A stretch of 64,000 bases of DNA, taken from contig JAWAJB010000002.1 of the NCBI GenBank assembly GCA_038888155.1, forward strand, positions 160,001-224,000, in the 5' to 3' direction. A program made the position numbers and the translations under genes. The notes beneath the pieces were generated by a model that did not search any database, had not been told where the DNA came from, and saw only the letters and a list, made by a program, of their open reading frames with translations. Positions 18,785 through 28,195 of the stretch are shown in pieces. Within the stretch, counting starts at the first letter, position 1, and each line of letters opens with the position of its first letter. Source of the DNA: Desulfurococcaceae archaeon (GTDB lineage: Archaea > Thermoproteota > Thermoprotei_A > Sulfolobales > Desulfurococcaceae).

Positions 18785-21700
18785 CTATCTCACTCTTGCT
18801 ATTCTACCTATTTTAGGGAAGTATATTTCGCCGCTCTTCTTGAGTTCGTCAATCACTTCCAGTACGAAATCTTTCTCGAAACCCTGTTCCTGTGCTCTTT
18901 TGTATAACTCGTTCAGCTCAATCTCGCCTCCAACTTCATCCAGTAGTTTGGATAGGAAAGAGGCAAACCTCTTCTTTTTCTCTCTGCGCGATGCTGAGAC
19001 ACCAGTTTCAAGGATGTCTATATCTATTTTTCCACTTTCAATGTCAAATCCAACCCTAGATAGAGTTGCCATTACCAACCTAATTGCTTCTTCGGCATCC
19101 TCAATTGTGGCCTTAGATTTAAGGGCTATTTTAGCGTGGGCTTCTGCGAGTCTAATCAATGCTTCTAGTTGTCTAGGTGTTATTGCTATTGCTGAGGGAC
19201 CTCCTTCGCTAGTCACCAAAGAAGCCTGTCTCAAGTTAACATAAAATTCTTCAATAAGCTTGATTGCTTCAGGTGTTAGTTGTGGCCTAATGTATCTCCT
19301 AGCATAGCTAATGTATTTTTTTAGGAGCTGGGAGTCGACAAATCCCCTTGCCTTTTCAGCCTCGGTATGTATCCCTAATATGTGCTTGGCAAGCCTTCTA
19401 TCATGATCCGCATTTGGTATATCCTGTACTATGAAAATTAAGTCAAACCTAGAAAGTATTGTTGGAGGGAGATCAATATTCCTGCTTACAGGTTGCGTTG
19501 AATCATACCTTCCATACTTTGGGTTTCCAGCGGCGAGTACAGATGTCCTAGCATTTAGCCTTGCTACTATACCTGCTTTGGCAATGCTAACAGTCTGCTG
19601 TTCGAGCGCCTCATGAATAGCACTTCTGTCTTCATCTCTCATTTTATCGATTTCATCAATACAATTGTGGACTATAATCCCTTCTGCCAAATAGTTGTGT
19701 AAACCCGGAACGTATAGATCATATACGAAGCCCTCGAACTCAATGTAACTCACATCAGTTACCCTGTCAACGTAGTAATCCCTACTAGTTACCAAAGTTA
19801 GGAGATTTAGGACCTCCTCGGGGAGAGCATGCAAGAGCTTAACTCTAAGTCTGTTCAGCCATCTTTTTGTAAGGGCTAGCTCGCCTCGAGAAGCCCTGTA
19901 TATCACTTCCCTCAGTCCGCTCTCAGTCAGCGCTTTGGGCTGAACTTTATTTATTATCTCTTTAGCCAAACCTATAGAAAGCACTTTTGGAATAGTTTCT
20001 TCTCCCAAAGGCTTGGGCTTTTTCGTTGATATTATCCGAACGTTCTTGCTAGGCGTGCTATAGGGTTTGATAATATCAACTATCTCGCTTAGGTCATGGT
20101 CTTCGCTTACTCTTAGGATTACTTTATCTTTTTTACGCATAATTTTTGAGCATATATCAAATCTCCTCAAAATTATGGATATCAACCTGGCCTGATCAAC
20201 ACTTCGTAGCTCAATATCGAGGTATGAAATTTGGTCGCCCTTGTTTGCACTATTCTTGCTAGTGACGTAGAAAAGTCCTGCAGAGTCAACTAGGCCTGCA
20301 ATGAACCCCCTTAAAGCATCGTCGGGCAATTTAAGCAGTCTTGTCCATTCTCTTTCGGCGAGGTATTCAAACAAATGAGACAATATAGAGGACTCTATAC
20401 GCAAGCCAATAAAATTGGACCTATCTCCAGGGTCTGCTTCATTATTCTCAACAACGATCGTTGGCCTCCGGCTCGTTATCTCGGTCAAGAATTTAATCGC
20501 AGCTTCACAAACTACCTTATAATCACTGGGAAGTTTGATTGAGACTTCTCCTCTCTTGCTGTCTGTTGTTGACTTAGAATTCCCCAGGAAGAGACCTAAC
20601 AGATACGCTAGCTCTGGGGTGACTTTACTGACAGAAAGTTTTTCTACCCTGTTTTCTATTAAGTAGGTTAACGTTCTCCTTCTCCAATCTTCATATTTAC
20701 CAGCATCTTTGAGAAGCCCTCGCAATAACTCAACTTCTATATAGAGTCTGCTTTCATTTTCATAGATCTTCTTATTCGAGTCTCGAGCGAGTTTATGAAC
20801 GCTACCGTAAAACTTGCTTATGACTTCATAAAGTTCTTCCTTCTCGTGGGCATCTATGATGACTAACCAGTTGTGGGGTATAACGTCAAGTATGTAGATC
20901 TCATTGTTGTGACCTAATACTTTACGCAAGGATAGTACTCTGTTTCCGGGCTTAAGTTCCTCGGCCTTTTTCCATTCGAGTGTTTCACCGTCAATTAATA
21001 GGTGCTCAGGTGTCAACAAAATTTCATTACCGCTTTCAAAGGTCAATTTAATGAGCTTTCCTTTCCATGGCTTTCTTCTGATGCAAGTTGCTGTTGTCCT
21101 CTTCGAAGATAAATCGCTGAGGTCTATGCTAACAGTTTCATTTTTTGTGTAATTAAGCTCTACCAGCTCGCCATTAGACAAAGCCTTAATTGCACTTTCA
21201 GGCCTGAATAAGTCGCCTATTTTAACCCATTCTTTATCGATAATCACGTGCGTATCTGGGTGCAGACAAGCTATTCCCCCATCGGCTAGGACGAGAGCTC
21301 CTGCTTCTAGGTAGTATTCCCCTGTTATCTTATCTCTTAGAACTGTTGCAGTTAATCCTGCTGCCGTTGAACCTTTACCACTTGTATAAAGACCCCGCGG
21401 CGCCAATCTAGAAGTGAACTGAAGCAGTTGAGATTTCGCTGTTCCTGGGTCTCCGGTTATAAGCACGTGAATGTCTCCCCTAATTCTTGTCCCATCTGGA
21501 AGGATCTTGGGTGTTCCACCGAATAGCAAAAGGGCTATCGCTTCCTTGATATCCCAATATCCATATATCCCTGGGGCAATGCTTGAAATTATTTTCTCTC
21601 TAATCCATGGATCCCTGGCAAGTTCTCTAATTTTCTCTTCGTCCTCACGAGTAATAGTTATTTCTTCAAGCACTTTTTCTTGCACATCTATGTGGTTTAC

Positions 21701-22492
21701 ATCAATATAGAAGGAGAAGATCGTTCCTGACCCCCTCCTCTCTGGAAGACCCGTTAACGCCAGAACCCGCAAAATTCCCGACACAATCACTCGATCTCCA
21801 GGCCTTACCGAGTCTACAATATCGCCTGTTAAAATCGTTTCAATGGACCTTGGAATTTGTCCGCCAGGAACCTCTTCGGGTCTTTCCTGCACGACTATTT
21901 TTTGCCAGTCAATAAAGTCGCTCTTTTCTACAACAAGTTCAAATTTACCGGGTTTATGGCATATCGGGCAATAGGGAGGTCTTTCAACTCTCTCTCCAAT
22001 ATAGCCCTCAGGAGGATAGTCGAACTCGTGCTCTCCGCTTTCTGTGAAGTGTCTGTACTTAGCTCTTAAAAGTTTGGCATCAACCCTAGTTACCCTAGTA
22101 ACTATGCCCTCAACTGAGACCAATTTTCCTATGTGATCACTGTTTAACTCTCTGATCTTCATCAATAAGGGCGGGTTTCTAATTCTTACATAAAACTTTT
22201 TAACTAATTTCGCGAACTCGGGATTTTCCCTTAATATAATCTCCAGTAAAGCTTGGTTAAAACTTTCAAGAACCACTGATGGGTTTTCAACGACTCTATC
22301 TGCAAGTGAGGGGTCATATAGAATTAGGTCAACGAAGTCTACAACTAAGCTTTTCTGGCCCATTTTAATTAATTGCCACAATCTCTCGTAATACTTAGGA
22401 ATTCCCTCCTTTGACTTAAATGTTTCTATGAAGTTCTTAAATGAAGTTATGTAATCAAACGGAGGAGCTTCAACGGGCGGGACTTCAGCTAT
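18785..22492 (-). CDS. mcm: replicative helicase MCM containing one intein
   Basis: GDPGTAKSQ, IDEIDKM, SRFD, ITPRQLE; the frame stays open 37 codons above the TTG at 22381 and carries the conserved DY..F..F..TF..KY.ER helix, so the start is placed at ATA 22492. Confidence 0.96.
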   Translation of the reverse strand: MAEVPPVEAPPFDYITSFKNFIETFKSKEGIPKYYERLWQLIKMGQKSLVVDFVDLILYDPSLADRVVENPSVVLESFNQALLEIILRENPEFAKLVKKFYVRIRNPPLLMKIRELNSDHIGKLVSVEGIVTRVTRVDAKLLRAKYRHFTESGEHEFDYPPEGYIGERVERPPYCPICHKPGKFELVVEKSDFIDWQKIVVQERPEEVPGGQIPRSIETILTGDIVDSVRPGDRVIVSGILRVLALTGLPERRGSGTIFSFYIDVNHIDVQEKVLEEITITREDEEKIRELARDPWIREKIISSIAPGIYGYWDIKEAIALLLFGGTPKILPDGTRIRGDIHVLITGDPGTAKSQLLQFTSRLAPRGLYTSGKGSTAAGLTATVLRDKITGEYYLEAGALVLADGGIACLHPDTHVIIDKEWVKIGDLFRPESAIKALSNGELVELNYTKNETVSIDLSDLSSKRTTATCIRRKPWKGKLIKLTFESGNEILLTPEHLLIDGETLEWKKAEELKPGNRVLSLRKVLGHNNEIYILDVIPHNWLVIIDAHEKEELYEVISKFYGSVHKLARDSNKKIYENESRLYIEVELLRGLLKDAGKYEDWRRRTLTYLIENRVEKLSVSKVTPELAYLLGLFLGNSKSTTDSKRGEVSIKLPSDYKVVCEAAIKFLTEITSRRPTIVVENNEADPGDRSNFIGLRIESSILSHLFEYLAEREWTRLLKLPDDALRGFIAGLVDSAGLFYVTSKNSANKGDQISYLDIELRSVDQARLISIILRRFDICSKIMRKKDKVILRVSEDHDLSEIVDIIKPYSTPSKNVRIISTKKPKPLGEETIPKVLSIGLAKEIINKVQPKALTESGLREVIYRASRGELALTKRWLNRLRVKLLHALPEEVLNLLTLVTSRDYYVDRVTDVSYIEFEGFVYDLYVPGLHNYLAEGIIVHNCIDEIDKMRDEDRSAIHEALEQQTVSIAKAGIVARLNARTSVLAAGNPKYGRYDSTQPVSRNIDLPPTILSRFDLIFIVQDIPNADHDRRLAKHILGIHTEAEKARGFVDSQLLKKYISYARRYIRPQLTPEAIKLIEEFYVNLRQASLVTSEGGPSAIAITPRQLEALIRLAEAHAKIALKSKATIEDAEEAIRLVMATLSRVGFDIESGKIDIDILETGVSASRREKKKRFASFLSKLLDEVGGEIELNELYKRAQEQGFEKDFVLEVIDELKKSGEIYFPKIGRIARVR
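19664..21268 (-). mobile_element. 535-aa intein in MCM (just before Walker B) with a degenerate LAGLIDADG endonuclease
   Basis: DGGIA|CLHPDT ... LTPEH ... VYDL.V...HNYLAEGIIVHN|CIDEIDK; LAGLIDADG-like LLGLFLGNS and FIAGLVDSAG. Confidence 0.95.
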
Positions 22493-23111
22493 GTCTGCTC
22501 ACCTCGAAGATCTTACTATTAAAGATCTCTAGGATAGACCTTACAATAGCATATAAGTACTTCTCTTCTTCGCTTAAATTAGATAGTACCTCAGGGCTAA
22601 TATCCTGGACGCTAACCAAACTGAGGATCTTGCTGAGTCGCACCCTGTAGAGATTTCTAGTGGCTGTAACAAGACTAGTGATCGATTGGGCTATTTCGTG
22701 AGCCTTTTCAAGGTCATCAACGCTCTTATATTTTTTCATGATATAGGCTACCTGTGATCTGATTTTGCTAAAGAAATAGCCACCAAGCTTCTCGAACTTG
22801 ATTTGCCCCCTGCTTCTGCTCTCGTTAAAAGAAATCCTTGTCACTGAAATGTAGTCTATTTCTTCGCTGGAAAGTCTTGCCATCTCTTTTTCTTGGAGTA
22901 TTTGAGCGATCCAGCGAGGTAAAGTGTATTCCGAGCCTCGAAAGAGCTCGACATAGTCGTCTTCTATGAATACTTTAGCCGGCTTGCCTACATAAGCCAC
23001 TTTTACTTCCTCTTCTTCGAAATCTCTATTCACATAATTTACAACGAGTTGGCCCAGGAGCTCTATCAGCCCATTCAAGACAACATCCTCCACGCTTCTT
23101 AATCGGTTCAC
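22485..23111 (-). CDS. GINS complex subunit, Gins23 type
   Basis: N-terminal B domain LPRWIA.IL, NLSEEEK; directly upstream of mcm as is usual in Crenarchaeota. Confidence 0.85.
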   Translation of the reverse strand: MNRLRSVEDVVLNGLIELLGQLVVNYVNRDFEEEEVKVAYVGKPAKVFIEDDYVELFRGSEYTLPRWIAQILQEKEMARLSSEEIDYISVTRISFNESRSRGQIKFEKLGGYFFSKIRSQVAYIMKKYKSVDDLEKAHEIAQSITSLVTATRNLYRVRLSKILSLVSVQDISPEVLSNLSEEEKYLYAIVRSILEIFNSKIFEVSRHS

Positions 23112-23148
23112 CCCTTTATTACCTACATTGAAAGTATAGTTTTAAGGA

Positions 23149-24138
23149 ATGTGTTTAGAGGTGTTTGCACTGAGTGAACTCCTTTGGATAGAGAAATACA
23201 GGCCCCGCTCATTAAGCGACGTTGTGAACCAAAAGGAAATTGTGGAGAGGCTTAAAAAGTTCATTATAGAAAGAAATATACCTCACTTATTGTTTACAGG
23301 CCCCCCTGGCACAGGTAAAACCACTGTGGCCCACGCATTAAGCCACGACTTCTTTGGCGATAACTACAGGCAGTACATGCTGGAACTAAATGCCTCTGAC
23401 GAGAGAAAAATTGAGGTTATTAGAACCAAGGTAAAGGAATTTGCAAGATCGAAAGTTGTTGGAGAAATACCATTCAAGGTAATTTTACTTGATGAGGCAG
23501 ACAATATGACTGCTGATGCTCAGCAGGCATTAAGGAGGTTAATGGAGTTATACTCTGCGAGCACGAGGTTTATACTAACTGCAAACTACCCTAGCAAAAT
23601 TATTGAGCCTATACAGAGTAGGTGCGCTGTTTTTAGATTCGCGGCGCTGAAGAAAGAAGACTTGGTTCAGAGACTTATAGATATTTGCATTAAGGAGAAA
23701 GTCAAGTTCAACGAGAAAGCCCTCGAAACAATATACGAGATTTCAGAGGGAGATATGAGGAAAGCTATAAATACCCTTCAGGCCGCTGCAGCTATTGGCG
23801 AGGTAACTGAGGAGTCAGTTTACAAAGTAGTAGGCCTGGCTCATCCTAAAGAAGTACGAGAAATGTTACAGTTATCCCTAGGGGGCAACTTTATAGAGGC
23901 AAGGAAAAAGCTAAGGGACTTAATGGTTACTTATGGATTGAGCGGCGTAGACATAATTAAACAAATTCATAGAGAAATCTTTAGCGGCGAGATTAAAATA
24001 CCTGATGACCTTAAAGTAATGATCTCAGATTACGCAGGCGAAATACAGTTTAGATTAGTGGAAGGTGCTGATGACGAAATTCAATTAAATGCGTTTCTTG
24101 CCCGCCTAGCCCTAATCGGCAAAAAAATCAAGGTGTAG
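23149..24138 (+). CDS. rfcS: replication factor C small subunit (true start possibly CTG 23170)
   Basis: WIEKYRP, GPPGTGKT, ELNASDER, LDEAD, SRC, GDMRKAIN. Confidence 0.96.
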   Translation: MCLEVFALSELLWIEKYRPRSLSDVVNQKEIVERLKKFIIERNIPHLLFTGPPGTGKTTVAHALSHDFFGDNYRQYMLELNASDERKIEVIRTKVKEFARSKVVGEIPFKVILLDEADNMTADAQQALRRLMELYSASTRFILTANYPSKIIEPIQSRCAVFRFAALKKEDLVQRLIDICIKEKVKFNEKALETIYEISEGDMRKAINTLQAAAAIGEVTEESVYKVVGLAHPKEVREMLQLSLGGNFIEARKKLRDLMVTYGLSGVDIIKQIHREIFSGEIKIPDDLKVMISDYAGEIQFRLVEGADDEIQLNAFLARLALIGKKIKV

Positions 24139-24141
24139 CGT

Positions 24142-25416
24142 TTGAGTTCAACCAATGTGCCGTGGATCATAAAGTACAGACCTAAGCACATAGACGAGGT
24201 GGTGGATCAAGATAATGCTAAGGAGAAAGTATTAGAGTGGCTAAACCTCTGGGGACAGGGCGTCCCCAAGAATAGGGCTCTCATTTTGTATGGACCTCCT
24301 GGGTGCGGAAAGACAAGCCTGGTTGAAGCCATTTCAAAGACATATGGATATGAATTGTTTGAAATGAATGCTAGCGATAACAGGAGGAGAGGCGACATAG
24401 AGAGATTGGCAAAAATGGCATCTCAAACAAGTGGGTTGAGTGGGAAAAAAAGATTGATCTTGCTGGATGAAGTTGATGGTTTAGACCCAAGGGCAGATGC
24501 GGGGGGCATCGAGGCCCTTTGGGATGTTATCAGGAACACTAGAAACCCCGTAATAATGACTGCTAATAATCCGTATAGAGAACACTTAAGGCCCTTACGG
24601 GAGGTTTCTGAAATAGTTGCCATGGATAGACTCAAAGAAAAGCACGTTTTATTGATCCTCAATAAAATATGCACAGCCGAGAATCTTAAATGCGATAAAG
24701 AGGCGCTGGATGAGATAGCTAGGAGAAGCGAGGGCGATATAAGAAGCGCTATAAATGACCTCGAAGCTGTGTCCGCTCTCAACAAGCTGGTGACCTTAGA
24801 TACTGTCAAGGCAATTACCACGTATAGGGATAGAATTTACGCTCCTTGGGATGCCCTTAGGAAGCTTTTTACCGCGAAGTACTTATTTCAAGCAAAAAAT
24901 GCAATCACCTCATCCGATCTATCACCCGATGAGATCATTACATGGGTAAATGAACACATTCCATCATACTACGAGTCGGATATCGAGGTTTGGAGGGCCT
25001 ACGAGGCATTAAGCAGGGCTGATGTATACCTGGGTAGGATAATTAAAACGCAAAACTGGGATCTGCTCTCCTTTGTTACGGATCTAATGGGACCTGGAGT
25101 AGCTTTTGCTAGGACAACTTACAAGTATAGGTGGGTAGCTTTCAAAATGCCAGAGAGAATAAGGCTCTTGATAGAGACTAAAAAATCAAGGGAACTCAGG
25201 GAGACAATAGCTACATATTTAGCTAGTAGATTGCAAATGAGCAGAGCAAGCTTTAAAAGCGAAGTATTGCCCTACTTAAGAGTAATATTCACTTCTAATC
25301 CAAGGTATGCCGCCCGAATTGCTAGATCTTACGGCTTACCAGAAGAGCTCGTTACATGGATATCTGGACCTAAAGCGCGTGAAGTGATAAGCTACATGAA
25401 AAAGCACGAAAGCTAG
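24142..25416 (+). CDS. rfcL: replication factor C large subunit
   Basis: PWIIKYRP, GPPGCGKT, EMNASD, LDEVDG, GDIRSAINDL. Confidence 0.95.
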   Translation: MSSTNVPWIIKYRPKHIDEVVDQDNAKEKVLEWLNLWGQGVPKNRALILYGPPGCGKTSLVEAISKTYGYELFEMNASDNRRRGDIERLAKMASQTSGLSGKKRLILLDEVDGLDPRADAGGIEALWDVIRNTRNPVIMTANNPYREHLRPLREVSEIVAMDRLKEKHVLLILNKICTAENLKCDKEALDEIARRSEGDIRSAINDLEAVSALNKLVTLDTVKAITTYRDRIYAPWDALRKLFTAKYLFQAKNAITSSDLSPDEIITWVNEHIPSYYESDIEVWRAYEALSRADVYLGRIIKTQNWDLLSFVTDLMGPGVAFARTTYKYRWVAFKMPERIRLLIETKKSRELRETIATYLASRLQMSRASFKSEVLPYLRVIFTSNPRYAARIARSYGLPEELVTWISGPKAREVISYMKKHES

Positions 25417-25462
25417 CAATCCACTTGAACACTGTTCATAGCTGAGAAATTTGAAATTTGTC

Positions 25463-26920
25463 CTATCGGCTTAGGGAATACCCCCTTAATCCTCCTTTAA
25501 GACTGTAGGCCATTACTCCATTTTCCCTAAACATTTTGGCTAACAAATAGCTAATGCTACCGGTCTCGCATACGACAATTACTATCTTGTCCCTAGGAAG
25601 CTCCGGAGGGCTCACCTTGCTTATTGGTATGGCATTTGCTGGCAGTTTTCCTATCTCCGGTCTTGATCTTGCATCTATTACAATCGCATCTTCTGGGATA
25701 AAATCTATTTCGATATCATTGGTTAATATTATATCCTCTGGTCTAGCTTTACTTACATAGAATATTTTAGCTGAAGACGCTGCACTTTCTATAACGGAAT
25801 GATCTATTTTACTTAATTGTTCAACTATCTCGTTCGGCGTCGTAGAGGTTACTACTCTTTGAGGTGCAATAGCACAGGACTCTGTTACCTTTGACGATAA
25901 GTCAAATAAGCCAAGAACCCTTGATACTTTAATTATCTCCTCTTTATCAAGGCTGATAAGTGGCCTGAATATAGGTAAGGAGGGCTTAATGGCCGCCTCT
26001 ATTGAAGAGATGTTTTTAAGAGTTTGACTCGATGCTTGCCCAATGGACTCGCCGGTAACAATACCATCGTAGTTCATTTTATTAGCTAGCTTAAAGGATA
26101 TAATGTACATTAACGCTCTTAAGATCACCTGTCTATAGGCCCACTCTACTTTTTTGGATATCTCCATGATGACGTTCGTAAAATCTACAACAATGAACTT
26201 TGATCCGTATCCATGAAGCCACTCTTGGGCAAGTTTTCGAGCTACCATAAAAGAGTAATACGATGCTTGAGAAGACCCCATCATATAATGAAGGAAATCT
26301 ACTTGAATCCCCCTCTTGGCCATAAGCCATGCAGCAACGGGGGAATCAAACCCACCAGAAAACAGAACAAGGGCCTTCCCCTCTACGCCTAATGGAAGAC
26401 CGCCTGGACCACTTAGAGACTCTTTGTACAGAAAAGCAGTATCTCCGTGAACCTCAACCTCTAACTCTATCTCTGGGTTATCCAAGTCAACCCCACTAGA
26501 TAGTGGTTTCAGAAGAGCTCCGGCCTCCCTTGCAACGTCAACTGATCTAAATGAATGTACTCCGCTTCTTTTAACTCTAATAGCGAACTTTTTATCCTTG
26601 ACTATGTCCTTTGTGTTCTCAAAGATCCACATTGAAAGATCTCGCAGGTCTTTGAATTGGTAATCTATTACTCTCGCAACCCTATGAACGCCAAACACTC
26701 TTGATATGTTAAGCAATGCCTCCTTATCCGTCACAATAAGTATTTTTGCGTTGATAATTTTATTCTCAAGTACGTTTGCACCCCCTCTCCTCACAGCATC
26801 GCCAATATTTTCAAGTAGAACCCTGTAGAATTTAGGCCTTGTTCTACTTGTTCTAAGAGGTATTTCCCCACTAACAGTAATCAAGTACACCGGCAAATCA
26901 GTCACGCCACAACTTAGCAT
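25463..26920 (-). CDS. thiI: tRNA 4-thiouridine synthase ThiI (THUMP, PP-loop and rhodanese domains)
   Basis: GEI, GGLPLG, SGGFDS, TGESIGQ.SSQT, RPL; C-terminal IDAR and VVCETG. Confidence 0.92.
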   Translation of the reverse strand: MLSCGVTDLPVYLITVSGEIPLRTSRTRPKFYRVLLENIGDAVRRGGANVLENKIINAKILIVTDKEALLNISRVFGVHRVARVIDYQFKDLRDLSMWIFENTKDIVKDKKFAIRVKRSGVHSFRSVDVAREAGALLKPLSSGVDLDNPEIELEVEVHGDTAFLYKESLSGPGGLPLGVEGKALVLFSGGFDSPVAAWLMAKRGIQVDFLHYMMGSSQASYYSFMVARKLAQEWLHGYGSKFIVVDFTNVIMEISKKVEWAYRQVILRALMYIISFKLANKMNYDGIVTGESIGQASSQTLKNISSIEAAIKPSLPIFRPLISLDKEEIIKVSRVLGLFDLSSKVTESCAIAPQRVVTSTTPNEIVEQLSKIDHSVIESAASSAKIFYVSKARPEDIILTNDIEIDFIPEDAIVIDARSRPEIGKLPANAIPISKVSPPELPRDKIVIVVCETGSISYLLAKMFRENGVMAYSLKGGLRGYSLSR

Positions 26921-27181
26921 TAATATAGATGAAATTCAGGTTAATTAGTGCAAATATCCGTCACATGCTTGTGTTAAGTGAAGCGATTGAGGCTGACCTC
27001 GATTAAGTTAAGTTTATATAGCAAATAGGTCAAGGCCCAGAAATACCCCGATTAGATCAATTGAAGTCAATATTTTCTTCATTCATTAAAAAGACAACTA
27101 ATATAAGCGTGGTAGACATCATTAACATGTATTGAGTACGTAAAATAAAAATTCACTAAAATGCATAAGTGGGTGTTGAGC

Positions 27182-28195
27182 GTGTTAACATTATTAGTGG
27201 GTGGCTTTTTCGGCGATGAAGGAAAAGGAAAGATAGCCGCATATATATCGCTCGCAAAGAACTATAGATATGCAGTTAGAACTGGTTCAATAAACGCCGG
27301 TCACACTGTCGTATATAAGAACAAAAATTACAAGCTTAGGTCAATACCCGCAGCCTTTATCAACCCTGAGGCCAAGTTGCTTATACCCCCAGGAGCACTA
27401 ATTAAACTGGATGTATTCTTTAAGGAGGTCGAATCGCTGGGCGTTGAAAAGAGAGTAATCGTCGATTACAAGACAGGCATCATCGAGGAAAATCACGTTG
27501 AAAGAGAAAAGTCAGATGCAGTATTATCGCACATAGGGTCAACTTTTCAGGGTGTTGGCTCAGCTACCTCAGATAGGGTTTTAAGGAGGTTAAAACTTGC
27601 CGCAGACTTCAAGGAGCTTCAGAGTTACTTATGCGATGTACCTACCACTTTAAATAATGCATTAGAAAATAACGAAAAAGTAATTATAGAGGGAACACAA
27701 GGAACATTTCTCTCTCTATACCATGGAACCTATCCATATGTCACAAGCAGGGACACCACTGCTGCAGGACTACTCTCTGAGGTAGGGTTAGGCCCCAAGA
27801 AAGTTGACGAGATCGTAATGGTTTTTAAGGCTTATGTTACGCGAGTAGGGGAAGGTCCATTACCCGGAGAACTAAGCCAAGAGGAGATAATAAAGCTTGG
27901 TTGGATAGAGCGAGGAACAGTAACAGGAAGGCTGAGGAGAGTAGCCCCATTTAACTACGATCTTGCCTTGAGGGCGATAAGATTGAACTCTGCAACTCAG
28001 ATAGCTATTACTAAACTTGATTCGATATTTCCTGAGGTTCGGGGCATTAGAACATGGGACAAGTTACCCAGTACTGCTAAGAGATGGATTGACAATATAG
28101 AATCACAGCTGAAACTACCTGTAACCCTTATCGGCACTGGCGAAGAGGTAGAAGATATTGTAGATAGAACGCTGGAGTTGGGTGTCGAGCTATGA
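27182..28195 (+). CDS. purA: adenylosuccinate synthetase (short archaeal type)
   Basis: GDEGKGK, NAGHT, EGTQG, GTYPYVTS, GTVTGR.RR; GTG behind GGGTG (ORF track opens at 27161). Confidence 0.96.
   Translation: MLTLLVGGFFGDEGKGKIAAYISLAKNYRYAVRTGSINAGHTVVYKNKNYKLRSIPAAFINPEAKLLIPPGALIKLDVFFKEVESLGVEKRVIVDYKTGIIEENHVEREKSDAVLSHIGSTFQGVGSATSDRVLRRLKLAADFKELQSYLCDVPTTLNNALENNEKVIIEGTQGTFLSLYHGTYPYVTSRDTTAAGLLSEVGLGPKKVDEIVMVFKAYVTRVGEGPLPGELSQEEIIKLGWIERGTVTGRLRRVAPFNYDLALRAIRLNSATQIAITKLDSIFPEVRGIRTWDKLPSTAKRWIDNIESQLKLPVTLIGTGEEVEDIVDRTLELGVEL

Noticed and set aside
17960-23150. Possible replication origin near the mcm/gins/rfc genes
   Set aside because: No cdc6/orc1 gene and no ORB-like repeats seen in the spacers
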